A stretch of 64,000 nucleotides of DNA from Eledone cirrhosa (Eukaryota): positions 326,306,001 through 326,370,000 of the forward strand of contig OZ024741.1 in NCBI GenBank assembly GCA_964016885.1, written 5' to 3'. Shown here in pieces: positions 42,683-54,384 of the stretch; within the stretch, counting starts at the first letter, position 1, and each line of letters opens with the position of its first letter. The position numbers and the translations under genes were made by a program. The notes below the pieces were generated by a model that worked only from the letters and a program-made list of their open reading frames with translations, was not told the DNA's origin and ran no database searches.

Positions 42683-44147
42683 TATATTTAGTTTGATTTA
42701 TATTTATATGAGAACTAGCCGATAAATCTTTTGATTCCTAAATCTTTGATTCCCTCTTTTTACTCTTTTTATTGTTTAATTTATTTTATTTATTTTTATT
42801 TTTATCTAAACATTCCTCATGAAAAATTAAGCTACCCTAAAAGCCGATGCTCCAAATTTTTTGAATTAACCTTACACTAGATAAACTTCTATATTAAATA
42901 TAGGAACATATGTAGACATTATTGGACATCATAATCTTTTTTTTTTTTTTTTTTGCGATATTCTTTGCTAGATGTGATTTGATAGATAATTTTTGGCTTT
43001 GTCTTGTAATGAACTTGGCAATATATTGTCAATTAACTTTGAAGGGTTGTTCTTTGTGGTTTATTTTCATTTTTATTTTTATTTTTATTTTTATTTTTAT
43101 CTTTATTCTTTTAGTATTGTAGTATTCTATAATATTTTTATTTTTATTTTATTTTTAATATTTTTATATGTAAATTTTTAATACGTAATATTTTTTAATA
43201 CGTATTTTTAATATGCAATATTTTTATTATGTAATATTCTTTCGTAATATCTTTTTAGTTTTCTATTCTATATTTTTATATATTTTTACTTATTATTATT
43301 ATTATTGTTATCTTTGTTTATAATATAATATATATTTTCGATTAGTATATTGAAATCTGCTCTCTATTTCTGCTTGATAGATAATCTTGTAGAGTAATCG
43401 CAAGAATAATAATATGCTCAAAATTTTATACCACATTGAGAATGTTTTCCGGTAACTTAGAATTTGCGGAGTGAATCAGTTGGATTCACATTGATGTTTG
43501 TAGCTGTCACATAAACATATGAATTTTTTAAAACTAAACATAAGATAATGAATTTTCACACATTGTGAATACTTGTTTCATCCAGGAATACTGATATTTA
43601 CAGTATAGTGTAAGTTTTATAAATACTAATACATTAAAACATAGGGTTTTCTACGCCTCGAATATGTCTGGCTATTTTTAAATTTTTTCTCTCTCTATAT
43701 CTCTCTATATCTCTCTATATTTCTCCCTTACATTAATACTTGAGCTAAATAAATAATTAAATAAATAAATAAATAAATAAATGTATCATTGATACACTTA
43801 CTCAAAATGACCTCCCAATACCTAATTTTCTATATATATATATGTATCTATCTCTATTTCCTCTCTCTCTATATATATATATCTCTTTCTGTCTCTTTAC
43901 ATGAAGCTCTTCGCTTTATCTATTTTTCCATCTCTCTATTTTGTTCCATGCATTTCTTCTTTTTCTTTTTTCTTCTTTTTCTTTTTCTTCCTTCTCTTCG
44001 TTCTGCCTTTCTTTCTTTCTTTTTTCCCTCTTTTCTTTCTATCTTTCTTTCTCTCTGTATTTTCACTGCTAGCGTAAACCTCTCCAAATGAAGTTGATGT
44101 TTATTACGGTATGTCGAATATATTTATCTATAAAACTGTTTATATTG

Positions 44148-44213
44148 TATTTTGTCTGATGAAGGCATAGCATATTGTTAATATGATATCCCCGAAATAT
44201 ATATAATGAAATA
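44148..44213 (+). ncRNA. Hammerhead ribozyme at the 3' end of the nested Naiad
   Basis: TATTTTGT-CTGATGA-...-GAAA-TATATA-TA|ATGAAATA. Confidence 0.7.
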
Positions 44214-44341
44214 AATATGGTTTTATAAATATAGTTTTCCATTTATTTAATATTGTAAATATACTCCAAATATTTGTCGAGTGCTTTTATATCAGTTATA
44301 AATATTTACTAGTTGTAACCCAACAATTTTAAATATAACTT

Positions 44342-44380
<39 letters not shown>

Positions 44381-44471
44381 GTGTGTGTATATATGCGTTA
44401 TATGTCTGTATATATATGTGTATATTTATGTATAGGTCTGTGTATGTATGTGTATATTTGTATATGTATGG

Positions 44472-44557
<86 letters not shown>

Positions 44558-44752
44558 GTGTGTGTGTGTATAGATGTTTATACATATGCATGTGTGTGTG
44601 TGTGCGTGTGTGTGTATATATATGTGTGTGTGTATATATATGTGTGTCCGTGTATATATATGTGTGTGTATTTGTATGTATGTGTATGTATATATGTATG
44701 TATGTATGTGTATGTATGTATGTATATATATATATATATGTGTATATATATA

Positions 44753-44795
<43 letters not shown>

Positions 44796-44941
44796 GTGTA
44801 TATATATGTGTATATATGTATATATATATATATATGTGTATGTATGTATGTGTATATATGTGTGTGTGTATGTGTGTGTATATGTGTATATATAATATGT
44901 ATATGTGTGTGTAAAAATATATGTATGTATATGTGTATGTA

Positions 44942-44982
<41 letters not shown>

Positions 44983-45227
44983 ATGTATATATGTATGTAC
45001 ATACGTGTATATATGTGTCCATATATGTGTTTATATGTATGTATGTGTATATGTATGTTTGTATGTGTGTTTGTATGTGTATATATATATGTATATGTAT
45101 GTGTATGTGTGTGTGTATATATATATATATATGTATATATATGTATATATATATATATGTATATGTATATGTGTGTGTGTGTTTGTAAGTGTATATATTT
45201 GTTTATGTGTGTGTATATATATATATT

Positions 45228-45286
<59 letters not shown>

Positions 45287-45326
45287 ATGTGTATGTATGT
45301 ATATATGTATGTGGTTATATATATGA

Positions 45327-45367
<41 letters not shown>

Positions 45368-45806
45368 GGTGTGCATGTGTGTGTGTGTATGTATATATGT
45401 GTATATATGTATATATATATATACATATGTATATGTGTATATATATATGTATATATATATGTATACGTATGTGTGTGTATATATGTATGTGTATGTATGT
45501 GTGTGTGTATGTGTGTATATATATATATATATATGTATGTGTATGTATATGTATATATATATATATATATATATGTGTGTATATATATATATGTATGTAT
45601 ATATATATATATATTTGTGTATGTATATATGTCTATGTGTATTTGTGTGTATATACATGTATATTCGTGTTTGTATGTATGCGTGTGAGTGTATTTATTT
45701 GTGTATATATATGTGTGTGTGTGTGTATGTATGTGTATGTGTGTGTGTGTATCTGTATATATATATATATATATATGTATATGTGTGTGTGTATATATGT
45801 GTATAT

Positions 45807-45853
<47 letters not shown>

Positions 45854-45915
45854 TATATATGTATGTATGTATGTATGTCTGTATGTACGTGTGTGTACAT
45901 GAATATATATTTATA

Positions 45916-45952
<37 letters not shown>

Positions 45953-46588
45953 TATATATGTATGTATGTATGTATGTCTGTATGTACGTGTGTGTACATG
46001 AATATATATTTATATATTTTTATATATATGTGTGTGTGTTTTTATGTGTGTATATGTGTTTGTGTGTGTGTTTATGGTTGCGCGTAAGTGTGTGAGTGAG
46101 TATGTGTTTTTTTGTTTTTTTGTGAATGTGTCTGTTGATTTTTGGCATATAGTTGATTAGTTTAAGAGAGGTTCGAAGATAATAGTAAGATATGCACTCA
46201 GTATTTTGAATCTGTCTGCAGAATTCTCTAGACCTTTGTCACTTAGTAGAACCTTAATGATTTTAGCTTTTAAAGAATCTCCCTTTTCTTTAATTCTATC
46301 GACTATGACTGACCCCCCACTGATTTTATAGACATCTGTTAGCTTAAGAGAAACTTATTGACAAGGAATGGTAGGCCATCCGGAACCTGTTTATAGAATT
46401 CTGTCTGCCCTTGTTACTCTAAAAACATAAATAAATAAAAATAAAAATAAAAATAAACTATAGCTTTGTAGAATTAGCTTTTAATGAATTCCCTTTTCTA
46501 TCAACCAATGACCTGCACCCATCCCACTCACCACCCTCTCCTACCACTTGTAGAGACCTATAAATACCATATTTATTTTTTGATACCC

Positions 46589-46639
46589 AGATTCCTGATG
46601 ATTTCAAATGAATGAAACAGTTCTAGTCCTGTAGAATCT
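46589..46639 (+). ncRNA. Type-I hammerhead ribozyme (14847 family)
   Basis: Same motif as 35741-35791, 16 nt upstream of (TA)n. Confidence 0.85.
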
Positions 46640-46651
46640 CATCTATATTAA

Positions 46652-46699
<48 letters not shown>

Positions 46700-47190
46700 G
46701 TGGTCAAGGCATCAGCTTCTTTACTTTGACTGGACTAATGCTCCCAACTGTGGTCACTCCATAGAATCAAAATAATCACGGTGCTTGAGGCAATCCAACG
46801 AAGTTACACCAAGTTGATTGTCACGGTGAAGGAGTTGAGCTACTGGAATAGGCTAAAAGAACCGAAACTCTTCTCCTTGGAACAAAGAGGGGAGAGATAC
46901 GCATATGGAAAACTATCACTAAACTTTGGCATTGAGATCTGGAACAGGACGTCACTGTTTGATTCCAAATGTCCCGTCTTTCACATCTAGAATAAGGAGC
47001 ATATATTGCAATGGCCTGGGGTTCAAAGACCCTCAACTCTTCAACAAGCTGCCAAGAAATTTGACAGATTGCATGGTGCGGATGTGGATGTTTTCAAGAA
47101 ACATCTTGCCATTCTACTATCGATGATGAGCCCACAGTACGGTACGAACGTAACCTAAGGACAGGAGCAACGAACTCCCTCTGACACCAA
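46700..47190 (+). mobile_element. CR1-like LINE 3' remnant
   Basis: LEAIQRSYTKLI..KELSYWNRLK..KLFSLEQRGERY...PQLFNKLP, typical of the CR1-group ORF2 C-terminus. Confidence 0.75.
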
Positions 47191-47279
47191 TGGCCAGCCA
47201 ACACAGACTAGAGATAGAATGTATAGCAACAAAGGCAGTGCCCAAGCATGGACTCATAAATTTATATATGCATACACAT

Positions 47280-47550
47280 ACCCATATCACCTTGATCACC
47301 TTGACCGACCAATCTGTCGGGCGCCAAACGCCGCCGCTGGTCACAGCACGTCGTGGTGTTTTAGTAATAAGATAACGCCATCTCACTGGCTTGGTGGGCA
47401 GGTACCCATTTCTACAGCTGAGTAAACTGGAGCAACGTGAAATAAAGTGTCTTGCTCAAGGAAACAACACATCACCCGGTCCGAGAATTGAACTCACAAC
47501 CTTTCGATTGCAAGCCCAATGCTCTAACAACTAAGCCATGCGCCTTCACA
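47280..47550 (-). mobile_element. tRNA-derived SINE, near full length
   Basis: A-box TGGCTTAGTTG, B-box GAGTTCAATTC, body CTTGAGCAAGACACTTTATTTCACGTTGCTCCAGTTTACTCAGCTG. Confidence 0.8.
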
Positions 47551-47637
47551 CCTTCACATACGCATATATACACACTCATATATATATATATATATATATA
47601 GAAAGATTTGAATGGATACAGTTTAGTTGAAAGGAAT

Positions 47638-47759
47638 TTATTGACACGTGTTTCTGTAACAGTTACATAACCTGAAAACAGCTGCTATCTACAAAAGTTT
47701 TAGTTATGCAGACATTCAATATTTCAATGTTATTATTTACTGTCATTTCATCAGAATAA
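47638..47759 (-). ncRNA. Hammerhead ribozyme with 93-nt stem II (3' pLTR)
   Basis: TTATT-[CTGATGA]-aaTGACAGT...ACTGTTAca-[GAAA]-CACGTG-TC|AATAA. Confidence 0.78.
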
Positions 47760-48328
47760 TATTATTGAGGACCTATTTGGTTATTATAGAGAATATTAGG
47801 AGGGAGGGGTGAAGTTGTTAGAAGAATAGTTGAGGGAGTGGTTTGTTGATAGCAGTGAGAATTTTTTGGTGGCAGTGAGTAATTAGATTCCCATCTGTTG
47901 TTTTGACATTTTTATAGAATATATTATTGGTTATTTTTCTAAATTTATAGAAGGATTAGAGATAGTAAAGATATGCGTGGTTGGTTTTGTGTTTGCACTT
48001 AATTAACATTCAGACTTAAATTTTTCTTTCAAGTGTACGTATCCTTTCACCCACGCATTCACACACAAATATATTTGCACACCTCTACAAAATACATATA
48101 CTCACATTCACATATTCATACTTACATACATATACAAATGCATACATATATATATATACACATATGTATTCATGTACATACATACGCGTTCATGTGTATA
48201 CATTTTCATACTCAACTTATCTTTATATACACACGCATAGACACACACATATATACATACATACTCTAGTCTATTTGTACACATATACATATACATACAC
48301 ACCTATACATATATATATATATACACAC

Positions 48329-48361
<33 letters not shown>

Positions 48362-48629
48362 AGCACTTTAATACATGAATACACTTACATCCTACTATAC
48401 ACATCAAACATATATATATTTACTTATTTATATACATTTTCACATATATATACATACTTATGGACGTTTTTAGACACATTCATTATCGCATATTTGCACC
48501 TATTTTCATCAGCATATCTTTCCATTATTAGTGTGGTAATATAAGGTTATTAATATATGTTGAGAAGAGATTGTTTTTATATTTTTCTAACTAGAATGAG
48601 GTTTATATAGTTGGGGGGATGTCCCTCTT

Positions 48630-50951
48630 TTATGTAATATTCGGCTTGTAGTGGGAAAAAAGGGTTTTAGTTCTGTGACGGCAGAATAATGTTCGTTTAA
48701 TTCTGTTATTCAGCAATTTCTTCTTGTGTGTGATTATGTAATAAATCTCAAGATTACATAATTTGCAGAAATTTTGGCTCCTGGAAAAGCTTTGGGTTTT
48801 AGCTAATTTCTCCCATTTTAGAGTAAACTTTTGATCACTATCCCTGAGCGTCCAAGCTTTTTCTGCTAAAGTTGTTACATTTCTTTGGCTCTGGTGTTTT
48901 ATTGAGTAAGAATGCCTATATAATCGAGATTTGAACGATGTTGCCGTTGATCCCACGTAATACCACTCGTTGCCTCCGGATTTAATGGTACACTTATAAA
49001 TAATATTTTTTTCCAGGCAGTTATTGCCGAGGGGGCAGTTGTCAGGATAGGTGCAGTTACAGTTGTGTACGTTGGGTTTTCTCTGGAGTAGTATTGCGGA
49101 CGAACTTAGGTGTGGTTTATTTATGTTCTGTAGTGTATTGTCTACTGTTTTTTTTGTGTTTTTTGTACTTAAGTTCTTAGTGTTTTCGTTTAACCTTCTA
49201 GTATTGATCTTTTTTATGTGTTGTTCAAGGTTTAACGCTGTAGAGTATAACAGTCTTATAGTGGTTGGGTTTAGGATTTTGTGGTATTTGTGTGATGTAG
49301 GAAAATGTCTCTTAATTATTTTAAAGAAGAGTACTGGTAAATTTGTACTAATGGAACTATTGTATTCGGGGTTATACCATAAGTACTCTTTGCATCGCAT
49401 TCTATTAGTTTTGTTTGTTGGTTTACTGGTGTGCATACTACGGTAGTAAGTGTGGTTTGGTCTTGTGTTATTATATCTACCTATGTGGGATTTATTTTGG
49501 GTGTTTTGATTGTTCCCATCTATATACTCTATTTTGTTGAGGTAGCCTGCTTTACTAAGGGCGTTATCGTAGTACTCGGCGTGTTCCTTAAATACTTGTA
49601 TGTTAGAAGATAGACCCGAGATTCTAAGGGAAATATTTTTAGGGATAGATTTAATTATAGAGATGGGGTGGTTAGATCCAACATTTACATATTTGAGATT
49701 TTCATTCAATTTATGAAACGGTTTAATCAATCCAGAGTTTAAATTGAGTGTGACATCCAGGAAGTTAACTACTTTAAGGTTGTATTCATATGTTATAGTT
49801 AGTCCTATTTCGAGTAGTAGTTTTCTTATATCTTTGCGTAGTTTTTCTAGTTTTTGGTTACTTAGGTTTTTAACTAGGAGGAGAACATCGTCGCGGTATA
49901 TTCCGCCGTGGAGATTGCTGAATTTTTCCTGGAGTCTAAAGGCGATAAATAACCCCACAATATCAGTTATTTCCGCGGAATCGTTAGAGCACATTGTTAT
50001 GTCAAAGTTAGAGGGTCTATCTTTACGTACCCAATAACTGTTCTCGAATTTGACTATAGTTTTCCTAGCTTCTAGTATAATCTTAATTTCATCGTTTGTA
50101 AGGTCAGAGTTATCCTTAGCAAACTTAATGGCTCTATTCAAAGTTTCAGGTGATATCGATGAGTAATATTCATCGATATCAAACTGGATAAACTTAGATT
50201 TATTCTTATTGCTAATTCTATTAAACCATCTTATTGCTTCTTGGGTCTTCCCCCAGAGTTTAATGTTAACCTTAGCCCTAATTTGGGGGATGATTCTATC
50301 TAAGATATATTTGCTTATTTTACCTATATCTGATTTGGAGGGGCAGATTAATCTAATTTTAGGGTCATTATCAAAGTTTACCTTATGGTCCTTAAGATTG
50401 AAGATGGGTACCGCCGGTAAGAGTGGTCCTGTCCTATCTTCGATTCCGAGATTTTTCACTATTTCGTATGCCTCATCATTGATGTGCTTAAGAGCTACTT
50501 CATTCGTTTTTCTATATTTTTTATGTAATTCTTTTCGAATGAAGTTGTTGTATGTAGTGCAATCCATAGTATACAGGTTTGATGTTTTGTCCGCTTTTAC
50601 TACAATTCCTTTGGTGTTTTTAAGGTCGTCCAGTAGTTTTTTTATATCTTTCTGTAATTTGCTGTTGGTGCTGCGTCCTTTGAATTTAATTTTAAGGATT
50701 AAGTTCATAAGGTCCTGCTCAAATGCATCTAATAGTGGGTTGGTGGGTGGATTTTTACAAGTCCTAAAACCGAATTTGTTGTTTACACCACTTTCTAATG
50801 TTGAGTTCATACGGCTTCTATCATAGTGGAGCGTTTTCCACCTGACACGTCGAATGAATTCATTAGTTTTTCGAATCATACTCAATAAATATTCCTTTCT
50901 ACCTTGGGTTGGTATGTTTTTGAGTGACATATCCAGGTAGTGTTTTTCCAT
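48630..50951 (-). CDS. Naiad-type PLE polyprotein (RT + CxCx5C linker + GIY-YIG), 773 aa
   Basis: SLKNIP, RRVRWK, KADKT, KDHK, FIQFDIDEYYSSI, MCSNDS (MGS in the sister copies), GIYRDD, CNCTYPDNCPLGNNC, NIIYKC..YVGST..FKSRLYRH, CKLC..E, CRH. Confidence 0.95.
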   Translation of the reverse strand: MEKHYLDMSLKNIPTQGRKEYLLSMIRKTNEFIRRVRWKTLHYDRSRMNSTLESGVNNKFGFRTCKNPPTNPLLDAFEQDLMNLILKIKFKGRSTNSKLQKDIKKLLDDLKNTKGIVVKADKTSNLYTMDCTTYNNFIRKELHKKYRKTNEVALKHINDEAYEIVKNLGIEDRTGPLLPAVPIFNLKDHKVNFDNDPKIRLICPSKSDIGKISKYILDRIIPQIRAKVNIKLWGKTQEAIRWFNRISNKNKSKFIQFDIDEYYSSISPETLNRAIKFAKDNSDLTNDEIKIILEARKTIVKFENSYWVRKDRPSNFDITMCSNDSAEITDIVGLFIAFRLQEKFSNLHGGIYRDDVLLLVKNLSNQKLEKLRKDIRKLLLEIGLTITYEYNLKVVNFLDVTLNLNSGLIKPFHKLNENLKYVNVGSNHPISIIKSIPKNISLRISGLSSNIQVFKEHAEYYDNALSKAGYLNKIEYIDGNNQNTQNKSHIGRYNNTRPNHTYYRSMHTSKPTNKTNRMRCKEYLWYNPEYNSSISTNLPVLFFKIIKRHFPTSHKYHKILNPTTIRLLYSTALNLEQHIKKINTRRLNENTKNLSTKNTKKTVDNTLQNINKPHLSSSAILLQRKPNVHNCNCTYPDNCPLGNNCLEKNIIYKCTIKSGGNEWYYVGSTATSFKSRLYRHSYSIKHQSQRNVTTLAEKAWTLRDSDQKFTLKWEKLAKTQSFSRSQNFCKLCNLEIYYIITHKKKLLNNRIKRTLFCRHRTKTLFSHYKPNIT

Positions 50952-51155
50952 TGTTGTGGTTGCGTTTGCTGTGTGGGTTGCTCGACTTTACAGGAGGTAA
51001 ATATACAGTATTTTCCGTTGTATTGAAATATAAATATTACACACAGTAGATTGACAGCTCACGTAGAGTTTGCTCGACGGTTCCAGTTGTAGTTCCAAAA
51101 GTAATCCGGAGAAAAATAGAAAGATTTGAATGGATACAGTTTAGTTGAAAGGAAC

Positions 51156-51277
51156 TTATTGACACGTGTTTCTGTAACAGTTACATAACCTGAAAACAGC
51201 TGCTATCTACAAAAGTTTTAGTTATGCAGACATTCAATATTTCAATGTTATTATTTACTGTCATTTCATCAGAATAA
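51156..51277 (-). ncRNA. Hammerhead ribozyme (5' pLTR copy)
   Basis: Same motif as 47638-47759. Confidence 0.78.
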
Positions 51278-51457
51278 TATTATTGAGGACCTATTTGGTT
51301 TTTATAGAGAATATTAGGAGGGAGGGGTGAAGTTGTTAGAAGAATAGTTGAGGGAGTGGTTTGTTGATAGCAGTGAGAATTTTTTGGTGGCAGTGAGTAA
51401 TTAGATTCCCATCTGTTGTTTTGACATTTTTATAGAATATATTATTGGTTATTTTTC

Positions 51458-51545
<88 letters not shown>

Positions 51546-51783
51546 AAGATAATGCCACCCACACACAGCGCATCAGCAAGGAATCTTACTTCATTAACAA
51601 ATACGGACCCCGTCGCAGCACTTCTCCCTAAGACGAACCCACAACATACACACATCAACATACATACCTACATCAGCACACATCTCTACCCACATATAAA
51701 CACAATGACGTACGTAAACACACATGCTCTATGGTGCAACACAAACAAATATATGTGCATATATATATGTGTATATATATGTA

Positions 51784-51827
<44 letters not shown>

Positions 51828-51976
51828 GTGAATATATGTATGTGTGTATATATATATAGTGAATATCATTTCACACCTTTTATTGTTAAGATTGTTGATG
51901 TTCTATTAAGAGAACCGATTTTACTGAAAAAATCGAATAATGTACACCATTTTACCAGGGGGAAAAAAATACTGGT

Positions 51977-52021
<45 letters not shown>

Positions 52022-52202
52022 CACACCCACATACACACGCGTACATCAACATACAAAGAGACTTATATACACACACACACACACACACGCACTTCTCCGT
52101 ATAAGACAAAAGCTGAAAAATATCTTTTGACATGCTAAAATACCCCCCATTGCTTTCAGACACATTCTTACTGACCATCCCTGCCACCACGAATTACTCT
52201 GC

Positions 52203-52275
<73 letters not shown>

Positions 52276-52401
52276 ATCTCAATAGCCATTTGACACAAAT
52301 CGCTGCTAACCATTATCACAACATCGAACACCTTACTACTACTACTACTACTACTACCCCCCCCCCCCACACATATTTGTTGTGAAAGAGTCATTTCTCA
52401 A

Positions 52402-52632
52402 TCTTGGCGCAAAACCAATTTTTTATTCACATGACCTCTACCGACCAATCAAAATTGTTTTGACCACAAGAATTGTTGCTGGAGCCACTTTTTTAACATA
52501 AAAACAGCCTTGGCGCAAAATCAATTTTTTTTACACTCACATGACCTCTACCGACCAATCAAAATTGTTTTGACCACAAGAAATTTTGCAACACCAAAGT
52601 AACGCTGGAGCCACTTTTTTAACATAAAAACA
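52402..52632 (+). repeat. Tandem duplication (~107-bp period) upstream of a hammerhead-like motif
   Basis: CTTGGCGCAAAA..CACATGACCTCTACCGACCAATCAAAATTGTTTTGACCACAAG..GCTGGAGCCACTTTTTTAACATAAAAACAG occurs twice. Confidence 0.85.
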
Positions 52633-52694
52633 GGTAGAATGCCCAAAACTAATCAGATCAGAGCAAACAGCACGGACACTCTATCTCAAAATTA

Positions 52695-52732
52695 TTTTTG
52701 AAAAACATTTAGAAATGCGCAACCGGTAAAAA
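52695..52732 (+). ncRNA. Hammerhead-like motif, U3-A8 core with GCAA in place of GAAA
   Basis: TTT-TTGAAAA-acatttagaaatgc-GCAA-CCGG-TA|AAAA. Homologous to 59649-59684 and architecturally like 1942-1979. Confidence 0.45.
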
Positions 52733-52849
52733 CTTAAAAACTTAAAACCACAACTGAATACTAACACATACAATCACTAATACTCTTTTATTCCTAATTA
52801 AACCATTTTTCAACTGTGAACAATTTGTCAGCATTTTCTATTCCGTTTA

Positions 52850-52902
<53 letters not shown>

Positions 52903-52910
<8 letters not shown>

Positions 52911-53200
52911 ATACTTGAGGAGGGTCATATTTGTGTAATATTGCCAGAATTAATAACAGAACACACTCACTGTTTGGTTGGTTTTCGCTTCTCGTTGTCT
53001 TCTATATCGGTAATCTAACTTACTCGGTCCTCAATGTTGCCATTGACTGACCGACGGTCAAAAATAATACAGATACAATGTAGACACAAACACATATATA
53101 TAGTTTATCATAAATCCTTCGTTGCACATCTGCAACATCGTCAGTGGTGTTATATTTTCTTCCTGTTGTGTTGTATGTCTACGCCATTTGGCTAATAATA
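52903..53200 (-). mobile_element. Solo Neptune 3'-end copy with a mutated hammerhead (53107-53148, GAAG)
   Basis: Direct-orientation match to 60030-60320. Confidence 0.8.
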
Positions 53201-53448
53201 GTTAAATGCAGTCCACTTAGGTAAAGTCCAGTTATGGTATTCCAGGTAGTGGATGATAATAACGCTTGGCTTGGTTTGACTCAACAAGGCGTTTTCATAG
53301 TGATGCTGCGGGTATGCCGTAATTCCTATGTTGTAAACACTTGGAGTAATAATAAATCAGTAATAATAAACCAGTTCAGAGAAACAATTGTCAGCTATGA
53401 GATTAAAAACCTTTTTTGTATAGCAAACCATGTCAACCTTCTTTCCTG

Positions 53449-53480
<32 letters not shown>

Positions 53481-53486
<6 letters not shown>

Positions 53487-54044
53487 AGTAGCGAAGCAAG
53501 CAGTTATTAAACAATTCTCTAAATAAATTAAAAAATGATTAAATAATCACCTGTTCAAACGCTGTTACCGACGGTTTCATCATTCCGAAAGATTGGAAAT
53601 TCAGAGAATTTCCAATGGAAAGAAGTGAATCTTCAGACAGCTCTATTTCCACGATAATATTCAGCTATTATCAGCGACCTGATTTTGCGTGTGTGTCATT
53701 TTAACGGCTTGACCGCATGCGTTAGGCAGGAAGCATAATATTTACTTGCTATAAGGCTTGCTACCTTATGGCGTGGAAATAGAGCTGTATGAAGATTCAT
53801 TTCTTTCCATTGGAAATTCTCTGAATTTCCAATCTTTCGGAATGATGAAACCGTCGGTAACAGCATTTGAACAGGTGATTATTTAATCATTTTTTAATTT
53901 ATTTAGAGAATTGTTTAATAACTGCTTGCTTCGCTACTCTTTATATTGTTCTGGTATCTCGAATTAGTGCCATCGAACCACATGTATTATAAACAACTTG
54001 AATATTTCTACAAGTACATTGTACCTGTTGAGGTATTCATCCAC

Positions 54045-54046
<2 letters not shown>
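53481..54046. mobile_element. ORF-less fold-back element: ~173-bp inverted arms (53481-53653 / 53772-53944) with two divergent hammerheads, plus tail
   Basis: The arms are nearly perfect reverse complements, flanked by (TA)n. Confidence 0.88.
53561..53641 (-). ncRNA. Type-I hammerhead ribozyme, 51-nt stem II (partner 53784-53864 on + has C3A)
   Basis: GCTGT-[CTGAAGA]-tTCA..ATTGGAAATTctctgAATTTCCAAT..TGAt-[GAAA]-CCGtCGG-TA|ACAGC. Confidence 0.82.
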
Positions 54047-54120
<74 letters not shown>

Positions 54121-54259
54121 CAACAATATAAACGAAGATCGGCCAGCGTCTAGGTTACGCAAGAAATCTAGTGAATTGCAATCACCTGTTCAGAGTGCAC
54201 ACATTTAATTTTACTGTAGAGCGTTGGCTCTATTTTTAATTAGAGATATATTTTAAAAT

Positions 54260-54384
54260 TCCTGAACGGTGGTTTCTGTGTAATATTTGCTTGCAAATAT
54301 AGATTTTACCACTGCAATGTTCAGAAAATCACGTAAAATCAGCAGATAATTACGCAATCGGGCTATTACACGTCATCAGCAGGA
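54260..54384 (-). ncRNA. Type-I hammerhead ribozyme, 96-nt stem II, in a (TA)n-bounded island 54120-54800
   Basis: TCCTG-[CTGATGA]-cGTGTAATA...TATTACACa-[GAAA]-CCACCG-TT|CAGGA. Confidence 0.75.

Larger units (their letters stand above)
47601..51462 (-). mobile_element. Full-length Naiad-type PLE with 344-bp direct pseudo-LTRs (47601-47944, 51119-51462), inserted in (TA)n
   Basis: Near-identical direct repeats offset by 3518 bp enclose one intact ORF, with (TA)n on both flanks. Confidence 0.92.

Noticed and set aside
49051-50826. Plus-strand ORFs overlapping the intact PLE (and those over the LINE at 25600-30600)
   Set aside because: Antisense shadows of real retroelement ORFs.
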